A stretch of DNA of 58,772 nt from Candidatus Woesearchaeota archaeon (GCA_964493655.1 CAZBOY010000001.1:1-58772), one strand, 5' to 3'; numbered from the stretch's first letter, positions 36,633-45,981 are shown. Notes: generated from the letters alone by a model not told the origin. Numbers and translations: made by a program.

Positions 36633-39137
36633 TTAATCAACAACTTCAACAACATCCTTAATTCTTACTAAATCACTAACACTGTCTCCTTGTTGAAGTC
36701 TAATTATTCTAACTCCTTGGGTTGCCCTTCCCATAACCCTAATGTTTTTGATACTTGTTCTGATGACAATCCCTTTTGAGGTTGTTACAATGATATTATC
36801 ATCATCTTTAACTGACTGGGAATTTATCACTTCTCCATTTTTATCTGAGATTTTTATGTTTATCACTCCTTTGCCAGCTCGTGCAGTTAATCTGTAATCA
36901 TCTATCTTACTTCGCTTTCCGTAACCTTTTTTTGTAATTGTAAGTATTGAAAATTTGGCTTTTTCAGTTGGGATAACTTCTAAGGAAACAACAGCGTCGT
37001 TTTTGTTTAGTTTTATTCCAGTAACTCCATAAGATGCTCTGCCGATTGGACGAGCTTCTTTTGAATTAAATCTAATTGCCTGCCCGAGTTTTGTAACTAA
37101 TAAAACTTCCTGCCCTTCTTTTATTGGTTTAACTGTAATCAAGACATCATCTTTTCCCTCTAGGTTAATTGCTTTTATTCCACCTTTTCTTGGAGATGAA
37201 AATTGGTTGAATTCAATTTTTTTGATAATCCCTTTTTGAGTTGCCATTATTAGATAATCTTCAAATTTCTTTACTGCAATTACTGACGAAACTATTTCAT
37301 CTTTTAAAGAGAGGAGATTGATAAGGGCTTTTCCTTTTCCATATTTAGCAATTTCAGGTATTTCATATGCTTTAAGCCAGTGGACTTTTCCTTTATTTGT
37401 AAAGAATAATAAATAATCATGAGTTGAACAAGTTAAAATTTCTTTTACAAAATCTCCTGTCGCGAGTTCTGTTCCTTTTACTCCTCTGCCGCCCCGGTTT
37501 TGCTCTTTGTATTGCTGAAGGTCAATTCTTTTTGCATAACCTTTATCAGTGATTGTGACAACAACATCTTTTTTACTTATAAGATCTTTTTCTTCAAATT
37601 GTTTTACAGAACCTAAAACTGCTGTTCTTCTTTCATCACCATAATTTCTTTTTAATTCTGAAAGCTCTTTTTTTATTATCTTAAATATTTCTTCTTCACC
37701 TGAAAGAATTCTTTTTAACTCCACAATTAATTCCTTAAGATCTTTTTCTTCTTTTTTTAGTTTTTCAAATTCAAGAGAAGTTAATTGTTGAAGTTTTATT
37801 TCTAAAATTGCTTGTGCTTGTTTTATACTGAGGTTGAATTTAGATTGTAAATTTTGAGATGCCTCTGCTGTTCCCTTTGATTTTTTAATTAATCTTATTA
37901 TCTCATCAATATTTTTCTGGGCAATTAAAAGCCCTTCAACAATGTGGAGTCTTTTTTCAGCTTTGTCTAGCTCAAATTCAGTTTTTTTCCTGATTACTTT
38001 TCTTCGGTGGTTTACATAGGTTTGAATAATTTGTTTAAGATTTAATTGACGAGGTTGTCCTGCAACTAGTGCAACCATAACTCCGTCGAATCTTGTTTGT
38101 AATCTGGTGTATTTGAATAATCTGTTTATTGTAAATTTTGCATTTGCCCCTTTTCTTAAAACAATTACAACACGGACATTGCCTTTTGCAGATTCATCTC
38201 GGATATCGCACACATCAGGAAGTTTTCTGTCTTTTACTAAAGAAGCAATTTGCTCGACTAACTGAGCTTTATTTACTTGGTAAGGAATTTCGGTGATTAC
38301 TATTCTTGTTTTTCCTGAAGAATTTTTTGGCTCTTCAATTTTTGTTTTTCCACGAATTATAAGTTTGCCTTTCCCGGTTTTGTAAAGTTCTTCAATTTCT
38401 CCAGAAATATAACCTCCTGTTGGAAAATCCGGAGCTTGTATTTTTTCAATTAATTTATCTATTTCTATTTCTGGTTTATCTATGTAAAGTGAAATTGCGT
38501 CGCAAACATTATGGATGTTGTGTGTTGGAATATTTGTGGTCATACCTACTGCGATTCCTGATGCTCCGTTCAAAAGCAAGTTAGGAAGTTTTCCCGGCAA
38601 GAGTTCTGGTTCTTCAAGAGTGTTGTCAAAATTTGGAAGCATCTTAACTGTTTTCTTTTGAATATCCTTAAGAAGTTCTTCTGAAATTTTTGAAAGTTTT
38701 GCTTCGGTATAACGCATTGCAGCGGGTGGGTCTCCGTCCATTGAACCGAAATTTCCCTGGCCTTTTACTAACGGATATCTTAATGAGAAATTCTGGGCCA
38801 TTCTAACTAAGGAATCATAAAGCGCGAGGTCTCCGTGGGGGTGGAATTTACCCATTGTGTCTCCAACAATACGCGCTGATTTTTTTGTCTGCTTATTTGA
38901 CTGCAAACCCATCTCGTACATAGCCCATAAGATTCTTCTGTGAACTGGTTTTAATCCATCTTCGGCTGCAGGCAGTGCTCTTGAAACAATTACAGACATT
39001 GCATAATCAATATATGCTTTCCGCATTTCTCCAGATATTTCTGCATCAATCAGTTCTTTAGCTTGAATGTGCTTTTTCATTTCTTCTTTTTTCTTAGTAA
39101 GTTCTTCTGCTCTTTGGATGTCGTCTTCGGGGGTCAT
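36633..39137 (-). CDS. gyrA: DNA gyrase subunit A
   Basis: SVIVSRALP...[11 protein letters not shown], the active-site region [10 protein letters not shown], and C-terminal beta-pinwheel repeats. Confidence 0.95.
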   Translation of the reverse strand: MTPEDDIQRAEELTKKKEEMKKHIQAKELIDAEISGEMRKAYIDYAMSVIVSRALPAAEDGLKPVHRRILWAMYEMGLQSNKQTKKSARIVGDTMGKFHPHGDLALYDSLVRMAQNFSLRYPLVKGQGNFGSMDGDPPAAMRYTEAKLSKISEELLKDIQKKTVKMLPNFDNTLEEPELLPGKLPNLLLNGASGIAVGMTTNIPTHNIHNVCDAISLYIDKPEIEIDKLIEKIQAPDFPTGGYISGEIEELYKTGKGKLIIRGKTKIEEPKNSSGKTRIVITEIPYQVNKAQLVEQIASLVKDRKLPDVCDIRDESAKGNVRVVIVLRKGANAKFTINRLFKYTRLQTRFDGVMVALVAGQPRQLNLKQIIQTYVNHRRKVIRKKTEFELDKAEKRLHIVEGLLIAQKNIDEIIRLIKKSKGTAEASQNLQSKFNLSIKQAQAILEIKLQQLTSLEFEKLKKEEKDLKELIVELKRILSGEEEIFKIIKKELSELKRNYGDERRTAVLGSVKQFEEKDLISKKDVVVTITDKGYAKRIDLQQYKEQNRGGRGVKGTELATGDFVKEILTCSTHDYLLFFTNKGKVHWLKAYEIPEIAKYGKGKALINLLSLKDEIVSSVIAVKKFEDYLIMATQKGIIKKIEFNQFSSPRKGGIKAINLEGKDDVLITVKPIKEGQEVLLVTKLGQAIRFNSKEARPIGRASYGVTGIKLNKNDAVVSLEVIPTEKAKFSILTITKKGYGKRSKIDDYRLTARAGKGVINIKISDKNGEVINSQSVKDDDNIIVTTSKGIVIRTSIKNIRVMGRATQGVRIIRLQQGDSVSDLVRIKDVVEVVD

Positions 39138-39379
39138 TTTTTTCCTTTCATCTTCTTATTTAATTTCTCCAGTTTGTTTTTATCCACAACTAATAAAGGA
39201 AATGTTCCGCCTTCAAATCCGCATTTTCTGCAGTGCATTCTTGGTAAGATACCGAAGGCATTCCAAAACCCGAATTTCCATCCAACATCTTTGCTTCTAC
39301 ATTTTGGGCAGAATGATATGCTTAGGGTTTTGGGTGTGGTTCTTCTTGGCGGGGTTTTTTGTTTTGGTTGTGGTTTCAT
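39134..39379 (-). CDS. small zinc-ribbon protein (CPKC...CRKC) within the gyrB-gyrA operon
   Basis: ATGA-type overlaps with both neighbours. Basic N- and C-termini. Confidence 0.6.
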   Translation of the reverse strand: MKPQPKQKTPPRRTTPKTLSISFCPKCRSKDVGWKFGFWNAFGILPRMHCRKCGFEGGTFPLLVVDKNKLEKLNKKMKGKK

Positions 39380-39978
39380 TTTACAAATTCTATGTTCTTT
39401 AATTCTTTAAACAATTGTTCATTATCTTCATATTTAATAGCATTAATGCCTGATGCTCTTGCATTTTCGATATTCATTTTATTATCATCAATAAAAACCA
39501 ATTCTTCTGGTTTGATTTCTAACTCATTTAGAATTTTTTTGAAAGTTCCTGGATTAGATTTTATACTTCCAAGCTCGAAAGAAGTAAATATCTTATCAAA
39601 ATCTTTTAAGGAATTTTTTTCTTGGTATGCTTGAAAATGAACTTCATTTGTATCTGTAAGACAAATTAATTTTAATTTACCTTTAAGACTTTTTATTAAT
39701 TTAAAAATTTCTTCATTTGACTTATTATACTTTTTATATAACTCCATATAGAACGCAACAGCTTCATCTGATTTTTTGGTTTCTAATCCTAGTTCTTCAA
39801 AAACTTTTTGTAAACTTCCCTTGCCTTCTTGAAATTCATCATATAGTTTATTTGCCATTACATTTCCACTACTTCTGATTAAACTTGTAACCCCAAAAGT
39901 TTTTTTCATTTCTTTATCTATCTTAAGCCAGTCTATATCAAAACATACACTTCCCAAATCAAAGATTACTCCTTCCAT
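39376..39978 (-). CDS. HAD-superfamily hydrolase
   Basis: MEGVIFDLGSV (motif I-like), LTDTN (motif II-like), FIDDNKMNIENA (motif IV). I prefer ATG 39978, 1 nt after the gyrB stop. Confidence 0.65.
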   Translation of the reverse strand: MEGVIFDLGSVCFDIDWLKIDKEMKKTFGVTSLIRSSGNVMANKLYDEFQEGKGSLQKVFEELGLETKKSDEAVAFYMELYKKYNKSNEEIFKLIKSLKGKLKLICLTDTNEVHFQAYQEKNSLKDFDKIFTSFELGSIKSNPGTFKKILNELEIKPEELVFIDDNKMNIENARASGINAIKYEDNEQLFKELKNIEFVK

Positions 39979-39979
39979 C

Positions 39980-41878
39980 CTACAAATCCACCTCTGCAAT
40001 CTTTGCATTTTCTTCTATAAATTTACGACGAGGAGCAACAGCATCTCCCATGAGGATTGAAAAAGTTTCATCTGCTTCAACTGCATCTTCAATTGAAATT
40101 TGTTTCATTATTCTTGATTTTGGGTTCATTGTTGTATCCCAGAGCTGGCTATCATTCATTTCTCCAAGACCCTTGAATCTACTGACTTCATTATTTGAAC
40201 CCAGTTTCGCTAGGATTTTTTTTAATTCATCTTCGCTGTAAACATAGTAATCTTTTCCTGATTTTCTGATTTTGAAAAGCGGGGCTACTGCAACAAAAAT
40301 ATTTCCAGCTTCAATTAATTGAGGGACATATCTGAAGAATAAAGTCAATAACAAAGTTTTGATATGCTGTCCGTCAACATCTGCATCAGTCATGATTATT
40401 ATTTTATTGTATCTTAATTTGGTTATATCAAAACTATCTCCAACACCGGTTCCAATTGCTTGAACAAGATTAGCAATTTCTTCTGACGAAAGTGCTTTTG
40501 CAGGATTTGATTTTTCTACATTTAGGATTTTTCCTTTTAGTGGAAGAATTGCTTGAAATTCTTTATCTCGCGCACCTTTTGCAGTTCCTCCTGCAGATTG
40601 TCCTTCAACAATATAAAGTTCTGTGTTTTCTTTTTTCTTTGAAGAGCAATCTGCTAATTTTCCAGGAAGTCCTGAACCACATAAAGCATTTTTTCTTCTA
40701 ACAAGTTCTTTTGCTCTTCTTGCAGCTTCTCTTGATTGAAGTGCAGATGCTGCTTTTTTTGCAATTAGGTTTGCTGTCGAAGGATTTTCTTCAAAAAATT
40801 CTGACAAAGCAGTTGTTACAATAGAATCAATTATTCCTTTTATTTCCCCGTTTCCTAACTTTGTTTTTGTTTGTCCTTCAAATTGAGGTTCTTTCATTCT
40901 TAAAGAAATAACTGCGGTAAGTCCTTCACGAACATCGTCACCCTGAAGTTTTTCTTTTTTTAATATTGATTTTTTTGTAGCATAATCATTGATTACTCTT
41001 GTAAGAGCTGTTTTAAATCCAGCTACATGAGTCCCGCCTTCAACTGTATTAATTGTATTTACAAATCCGTGAATGTTCTCGTTGTAGGAATCTGAATACT
41101 GAATTGAAATTTCTGCAATTGTATCTTTTTCCTGTCTCTTAAAATAAATTGGTTTATGGAGGGGGGTTCTTGTTTTGTTCAGCCATTTTACAAATTCAAC
41201 TAAACCTCCGGAATAACAAAACTCATCTTTTTTACCAGTTCTTTTATCCTTGAACGTTATTTTTAGTCCTGCATTTAGAAAACAGGTTTCTCTGAATCGT
41301 GTTGCTAGGATGTTATAGTCAAAATCAATTTTAGAAAAGATTGTTTCATCTGGCATGAAAGTTACTTTAGTACCGGATTCTTGTTTTTCGCATTTTTCGA
41401 TAACTTCTACTTCTGAAATGGGTTTTCCGATTTTGTAAGATTGTGTATAGATTTGTCCGTCTTTTTTTATTTCAACAGTCATTTTTTTAGATAGTGCTGC
41501 AACTACAGAAATTCCAACTCCATGAAGGCCACCTGAAACAGCATAAGCCTTGTTGTCAAATTTTCCGCCTGCGTGTAATGTTGTTATGATTAATTCCATT
41601 GCAGGTTTTTTGTAAACTGGGTGTATGTCTACGGGCATCCCCCGGCCATTATCTTCCACAGACACAGAACCATCTTTGTTAATTATAACATTTATTGTTG
41701 TACAGACTCCTGCAAGACATTCGTCAACAGAATTGTCAACAACTTCGTAAACCATGTGATGTAAACCATACTTATCAGTAGAACCAATATACATCCCCGG
41801 TCTTTTTCTTACAGCTTCCAGACCTTCCAGAACTTGAATATCTTTTGCTGAATAACTTGATTTTTCTGCTTCTGCCAT
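39980..41878 (-). CDS. gyrB: DNA gyrase subunit B
   Basis: GHKL ATPase motifs (LEAVRKRPGMYIGST, GLHHMVYEVVDNSVDE, GGLHGVG) and Toprim (ELYIVEGQSAGG, IMTDADVDG). Confidence 0.95.
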   Translation of the reverse strand: MAEAEKSSYSAKDIQVLEGLEAVRKRPGMYIGSTDKYGLHHMVYEVVDNSVDECLAGVCTTINVIINKDGSVSVEDNGRGMPVDIHPVYKKPAMELIITTLHAGGKFDNKAYAVSGGLHGVGISVVAALSKKMTVEIKKDGQIYTQSYKIGKPISEVEVIEKCEKQESGTKVTFMPDETIFSKIDFDYNILATRFRETCFLNAGLKITFKDKRTGKKDEFCYSGGLVEFVKWLNKTRTPLHKPIYFKRQEKDTIAEISIQYSDSYNENIHGFVNTINTVEGGTHVAGFKTALTRVINDYATKKSILKKEKLQGDDVREGLTAVISLRMKEPQFEGQTKTKLGNGEIKGIIDSIVTTALSEFFEENPSTANLIAKKAASALQSREAARRAKELVRRKNALCGSGLPGKLADCSSKKKENTELYIVEGQSAGGTAKGARDKEFQAILPLKGKILNVEKSNPAKALSSEEIANLVQAIGTGVGDSFDITKLRYNKIIIMTDADVDGQHIKTLLLTLFFRYVPQLIEAGNIFVAVAPLFKIRKSGKDYYVYSEDELKKILAKLGSNNEVSRFKGLGEMNDSQLWDTTMNPKSRIMKQISIEDAVEADETFSILMGDAVAPRRKFIEENAKIAEVDL

Positions 41879-42122
41879 TTTCGTAGTTCTAACTCTTTTT
41901 TGGAAAATTTTATTGATTTTTTAATTAATTTTAAGAGAATTTCTCTCTTAGATATTTAGAAAAATGAATCTTAGTTTATAAAGCTTTTGGGGGTTTTGTC
42001 GACGATGAATCTATTTTTATCTTAAAAATAAAGAGTTTTCAGATTTTGGATACTTATTTGGTTTTTACTATATAGTGGTGATTAATAGTAAAGTTTATAA
42101 GGGTTTAATTTATTAAATTATT

Positions 42123-42647
42123 ATGGAAAATAGAAGAGAATTTTTCGGAAAATGTGTAAGTGGATTAGCCAGTTTACTTGTAGGTGTAAATGCATTTGCA
42201 GAAGAACCAATAACTAAAAGGATACAAGAAAAAGTTTTAAGGGTTATTGATTATGTAAGGGCAAATGGGCAAAAAATGTCTAGTCTTAATGGTGGAAGCC
42301 AATATCAACTTCAAGCACCTTTTGGTGCTGAAAAACCATATTCTTTTAATGTAACTTATAATGAAAGAGATGAACTTCAAGAATTCGGATATGATGGAGC
42401 CTTACCTACTGCAAAAGATAAAAAAGAAGATGTTTCTTTAGTGAGAGATTTAATAAGGACTAAGGGGATTTGTGGAGTTGATGATAGACTTATTTTATGG
42501 AATAATAAAACTTCTTCTCAAAGAATGATTAAAGGCACAGCTTTTGCCGGAGAGCCAGATACAGATAATATGAAATATGCTAATGAAAAATATTTAGAAG
42601 CACTTGATTATTTCCTTGAAAAATTTGATAAGGATAAGAAAAAATAA
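42123..42647 (+). CDS. hypothetical exported protein with a twin-arginine-like signal
   Basis: MENRREFFGKCVSGLASLLVGVNAFA-EEP: an RR motif, a hydrophobic core, and an AFA cleavage-like site. Confidence 0.6.
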   Translation: MENRREFFGKCVSGLASLLVGVNAFAEEPITKRIQEKVLRVIDYVRANGQKMSSLNGGSQYQLQAPFGAEKPYSFNVTYNERDELQEFGYDGALPTAKDKKEDVSLVRDLIRTKGICGVDDRLILWNNKTSSQRMIKGTAFAGEPDTDNMKYANEKYLEALDYFLEKFDKDKKK

Positions 42648-42687
42648 AATAGATAAATTTTATAAATGGTATTAAAATAAATTTCTG

Positions 42688-43194
42688 ATGGAAGAAAGTA
42701 TTAAGGAGTATAAATATGGTGGGAGATTATTTGGAAGATTAATTAGGGGGGATTCTGGAGATACACATTTTGAACCTTGTATTGAAGAATTTGAACTTTT
42801 TGATCTTATAAGAGAAATGAATGTTAGCGATCAGGTCCATATGGAAAGGAAAGCTTTTGCTGTTTTTAGATTGCTAAAACATTATGGACATAACCCTAAG
42901 GATTGTCTTGAGAATGAATCTATTTTAATTCACCTTGCTAATCTTGGACATACAAGCCGTTTTAAGTTGCAAAGACAGGATACAACAGCTTATGATTTGG
43001 TCACTCAAAGGGGCTTACTCAAAGGAAGATATAAACATAGATTAAGTAGTAAAACACTAAGATTACCCAAACCCCAAAGAGTTAGTTTTGAAGAAGAAAG
43101 GGAAGAATATGGTTGGACTGCTTCTAGGGTAGTTCAAAAAATTTTAGCTGAAAGAACTGTGAGGGGTCGGGGGCGAAGATTTAATTCTAGATGA
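42688..43194 (+). CDS. hypothetical protein with an Arg-rich C-terminus
   Basis: 168-aa ORF. No motif recognised. Confidence 0.55.
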   Translation: MEESIKEYKYGGRLFGRLIRGDSGDTHFEPCIEEFELFDLIREMNVSDQVHMERKAFAVFRLLKHYGHNPKDCLENESILIHLANLGHTSRFKLQRQDTTAYDLVTQRGLLKGRYKHRLSSKTLRLPKPQRVSFEEEREEYGWTASRVVQKILAERTVRGRGRRFNSR

Positions 43195-43210
43195 TATTTT
43201 ATTAGGACTC

Positions 43211-43393
43211 TTACTCTTTTTTATCAACCTTATTAACTTTCTGAACCCACTTCACTTTCTTATTGTTACGTCCCATTTCTTGGTTTTTTCTGCATTTAGA
43301 TGAACAAAAATAAAATGGTGTTCCTTCTTTTTGGACTACAGTTACTCCTTTGGGGAATTTATACTCTTGTTTACAAAATATGCATTTGGGCAT
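43211..43393 (-). CDS. rpl24e: ribosomal protein eL24 (L24e)
   Basis: MPKCIFCKQEYKFPKGVTVVQKEGTPFYFCSSKCRKN zinc-ribbon signature. Confidence 0.9.
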   Translation of the reverse strand: MPKCIFCKQEYKFPKGVTVVQKEGTPFYFCSSKCRKNQEMGRNNKKVKWVQKVNKVDKKE

Positions 43394-43701
43394 TAGCTAA
43401 AAACCCCCTTGGAAATTTTTGTTCTTAATCTTCGCGCCTCAATTTCTGTTTCTCTTAACATTAAAACATCTCTTTTTCTTACAGGCCCTCGAACATTTCT
43501 TCTCATTTGTTTTCCTTGATTTCTTCCCTTTAATACTCGGCATTTTACTTGAGTCAACTCTCCACGAGTTCCTGTTCTCCCGGCTATAAATTCTACAACT
43601 GCTGGAACTGCACCTTCTTCTGTTAATTTTTCAGAACCTTTTGAAGAACCTTTGGAAGCAGAATTTGATTTTTGCTCTTTAATTTTTTGTGTTTTTGCCA
43701 T
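43393..43701 (-). CDS. rps28e: ribosomal protein eS28 (S28e) with a Lys/Ser-rich N-terminal extension
   Basis: AVPAVVEFIAGRTGTRGELTQVKCRVL...GPVRKRDVLMLRETEIEARRL core. About 30 extra N-terminal residues. Confidence 0.9.
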   Translation of the reverse strand: MAKTQKIKEQKSNSASKGSSKGSEKLTEEGAVPAVVEFIAGRTGTRGELTQVKCRVLKGRNQGKQMRRNVRGPVRKRDVLMLRETEIEARRLRTKISKGVFS

Positions 43702-43717
43702 GTAAGTTTAAAAATAA

Positions 43718-44014
43718 TTATTTAATTGAATCTAATTTAGCTTCCCCTAATTCGATAATTGCAATTGCACTGCACTTGACATTTATTCCTGCGACGATTC
43801 CTAATTTTTCTTTAGAATCTGCTTCAACAAATTTGATGTTTTTTTCTTTGCATAAAAGGGGGATGTGTTGAGTTAGTTCTTTTGGTTCAATATCTGCAGC
43901 TACAACAACAAGTTTTGCAACTCCTCGCTCAATTGCTTTTGTAACTTCGTTTATACCTTTGTCAATTTTCCCTGTCTTTGCTGCTTTTTCAACAACATCA
44001 TATATTGTAATCAT
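43718..44014 (-). CDS. rpl7ae: ribosomal protein L7Ae (short form, 98 aa)
   Basis: GINEVTKAIERGVAKLVVVAADIEPKELTQHIPLLCKEKNIKF. Conserved L7Ae-S28e-L24e gene order. Confidence 0.9.
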   Translation of the reverse strand: MITIYDVVEKAAKTGKIDKGINEVTKAIERGVAKLVVVAADIEPKELTQHIPLLCKEKNIKFVEADSKEKLGIVAGINVKCSAIAIIELGEAKLDSIK

Positions 44015-44173
44015 TTTGTTTGTTAACCAATAGAACTAATCCTCCCTATTGGTCATTGGATAGTTAAGAAATAATAATTGGGTTTAAAAAGCTTTTGTTA
44101 TAATCTAAACAAACAAAAAACTAGCTTAAGGTTAATTTAAAATTTATTAATTGACAAAGACTCTTTGTGGGCG

Positions 44174-44274
44174 TTTATCATAATGCTCTGCAAAGCTTCT
44201 GCGGAAATTCTTCTAAATCTAAAATATGATGCGGAAGAATTTCTTCAAGTGTTGCCAAGATAAATAACTCCTAT
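44174..44274 (-). repeat. nested-palindrome hairpin element, copy 8 (outer flanks inverted on the + strand)
   Basis: TTTATCATAATGCTCTGCAAA GCTTCTGCG, then stem 44204-44213 GAAATTCTTC pairing with 44234-44243 GAAGAATTTC, then TTCAAGTG TTGCCAAGATAAATAACTCCTAT. Confidence 0.8.
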
Positions 44275-44315
44275 TAACCCTTAGAAAATATTTAGTTATT
44301 AATTAAAATATAAAA

Positions 44316-44639
44316 TTATTTAATTAAAATATATTTTTTTATCAAAGAATACAAACCTTCTAAAACTTTTACACCAACATAAGCTTGGAATAATCTCAAC
44401 ACAACAACATTACAAACTATCCTTGTGGTTGTTCTTGAACCCTCTTTTATCAGATTATACATTCCTTTAAAATTAAAATTAACTTCAGGCAATCCCTGGT
44501 TTTGTAAATACACTCTTACCCTATTAAAATATGCAGGAGTTCCAGTGATTGGAAAAAAATGAAGGGGATTCAATGCAATTGGGTCTTCGCCCATTTCCAA
44601 ATCAAACTCTCGCATTTCTGTTTCTAAATCTTGAGTCAT
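44316..44639 (-). CDS. hypothetical protein
   Basis: 107-aa ORF. No motif recognised. Confidence 0.5.
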   Translation of the reverse strand: MTQDLETEMREFDLEMGEDPIALNPLHFFPITGTPAYFNRVRVYLQNQGLPEVNFNFKGMYNLIKEGSRTTTRIVCNVVVLRLFQAYVGVKVLEGLYSLIKKYILIK

Positions 44640-44741
44640 GATTTATCTCTAGGATTAGTGGTTAAATAGTTATCTTTTCGATTCCTTGAGATATATTAAA
44701 TCACATAAATATTTATTAAGCATAAATTAATAATTAATTTT

Positions 44742-45085
44742 ATGGTGGCGCCAAGATCTGAAGATATTGCAAGATATATTGTTAGAAGAGTTTCAGGAGG
44801 AGATAAATCTGGATGGATTGATTTTGCAACATGGTATCATAGGGCAACTGGAGAAGCAAATAGGTATGCGCAAGAGATTATTGATGATGTAACAATATGC
44901 TTATTAACAGGGGGGTTACAGCAATATCTGGTAAGGGATATATGATTGAACAAGATGGGGTTACAAGACCCGATATTACAGAAACTGCTTTTCCGGGGAG
45001 AACAAGATTTGTAAGAGAAAGTGATGCTTCGGCTCTTGTAGGGGCACTTGGTTGGGAAGGTTTAAGTGTAGTAAAAGTTGATTAG
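44742..45085 (+). pseudogene. hypothetical gene split by a frameshift in a G6 run
   Basis: ORFs 44742..44945 and 44897..45085 overlap. Adding one G to the run 44910-44915 gives one 114-codon frame (...ICLLTGGVTAISGKGYMIEQDG...). Confidence 0.45.
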
Positions 45086-45916
45086 TTATCTCCCCAAACT
45101 TTCAAAATTCTCCTTGTACCAATCAAAAGTTCTCCTAATTCCTTCTTCAATTGAAACTCTTGGTTCATATCCTAATTTTCTAAGTTTGCTTATGTCAACT
45201 TCAACATTTTGCGGTTGTTCTTTTTCAGATTCATAAAAACCTTTGCTTCCTTTTCCTGCCAAACTTATAATTGAATCTGCAACACTTTCAAGAGTTGTGG
45301 CTTTTCCAGAAGAAATATCAAAGGCGTCATTTCTTTGTTCCATTGCTAATAAGAATCCTGAAATAAAATCATCAATATAAGTGAAGTCTAATGTTTTATT
45401 TTTATTTCCGAAAATCTTTAATTCTCCTCCTGCTAAGGCAGTCCTCATCCAGATATCCACCAGTCTTGCTGTTTTATCATCAAAAGGACTATAAACTGTA
45501 CTCGGCCGGACAATAACATAATCAATCCCATAACATTTTGAATAAGCCTTAAGTAGTTCTTCCCCGTAAAGTTTGCTTGCTGTGTAAGGATTTCTTTCTT
45601 CTGACAAAACTCTTGAAGAGGATGTATAAACAATTTTAGGAATATGGTGTTTTCTGCAAAACTCCATTACTTTTTCCAGGTTATGAGAATTCTGGAAAGC
45701 TAGTTTTGGGTCAGAGATTATTTTATTAATTTTGCAAAAGTCAGCTAGATGTATAAGCATATCGACTGGTTCTTTTAATTCTTCTTTGTTAATATCTTCA
45801 ACAAATTTTCCATCTCGTTTGTCGACTAATAATACTGGGGTGTCTCCTCTTTTTAACAAGGCATTTAATAGAGAACTGCCGATAAGTCCTTTGTGTCCTG
45901 TTAAGATAAATTTCAT
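45086..45916 (-). CDS. NAD-dependent epimerase/dehydratase (extended SDR)
   Basis: N-terminal ILTGHKGLIGSSL Rossmann motif and YTASK (YxxxK) catalytic motif. Confidence 0.8.
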   Translation of the reverse strand: MKFILTGHKGLIGSSLLNALLKRGDTPVLLVDKRDGKFVEDINKEELKEPVDMLIHLADFCKINKIISDPKLAFQNSHNLEKVMEFCRKHHIPKIVYTSSSRVLSEERNPYTASKLYGEELLKAYSKCYGIDYVIVRPSTVYSPFDDKTARLVDIWMRTALAGGELKIFGNKNKTLDFTYIDDFISGFLLAMEQRNDAFDISSGKATTLESVADSIISLAGKGSKGFYESEKEQPQNVEVDISKLRKLGYEPRVSIEEGIRRTFDWYKENFESLGR

Positions 45917-45981
45917 TTTACAAAACTTGAATTTATGTAGAGTATATAAATATTTTTAAAGTCCATAATATCAAAGTTATT

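Noticed and set aside
41879-42122. The AT-rich 244-bp spacer upstream of gyrB as a replication origin.
   Set aside because: I saw no repeated ORB-like elements, and no orc1/cdc6 gene is adjacent.
8146-44274. The eight hairpin elements as a CRISPR array or as classical integron attC sites.
   Set aside because: They are dispersed over 36 kb with genes in between, not regularly spaced, and there are no cas genes. I could not find RYYYAAC/GTTRRRY core sites or an intI gene, and essential genes are interleaved. I kept only the looser cassette analogy as a finding.
8117-44306. TTTATTAAT / ATTAATAAATT motifs on both sides of several hairpin elements as terminal inverted repeats or target-site duplications.
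   Set aside because: The motif is an AT-rich near-palindrome. It also occurs in a hairpin-free intergenic spacer (22352-22438), so it may simply be promoter or terminator-like sequence. That is not enough evidence to extend the element boundaries.
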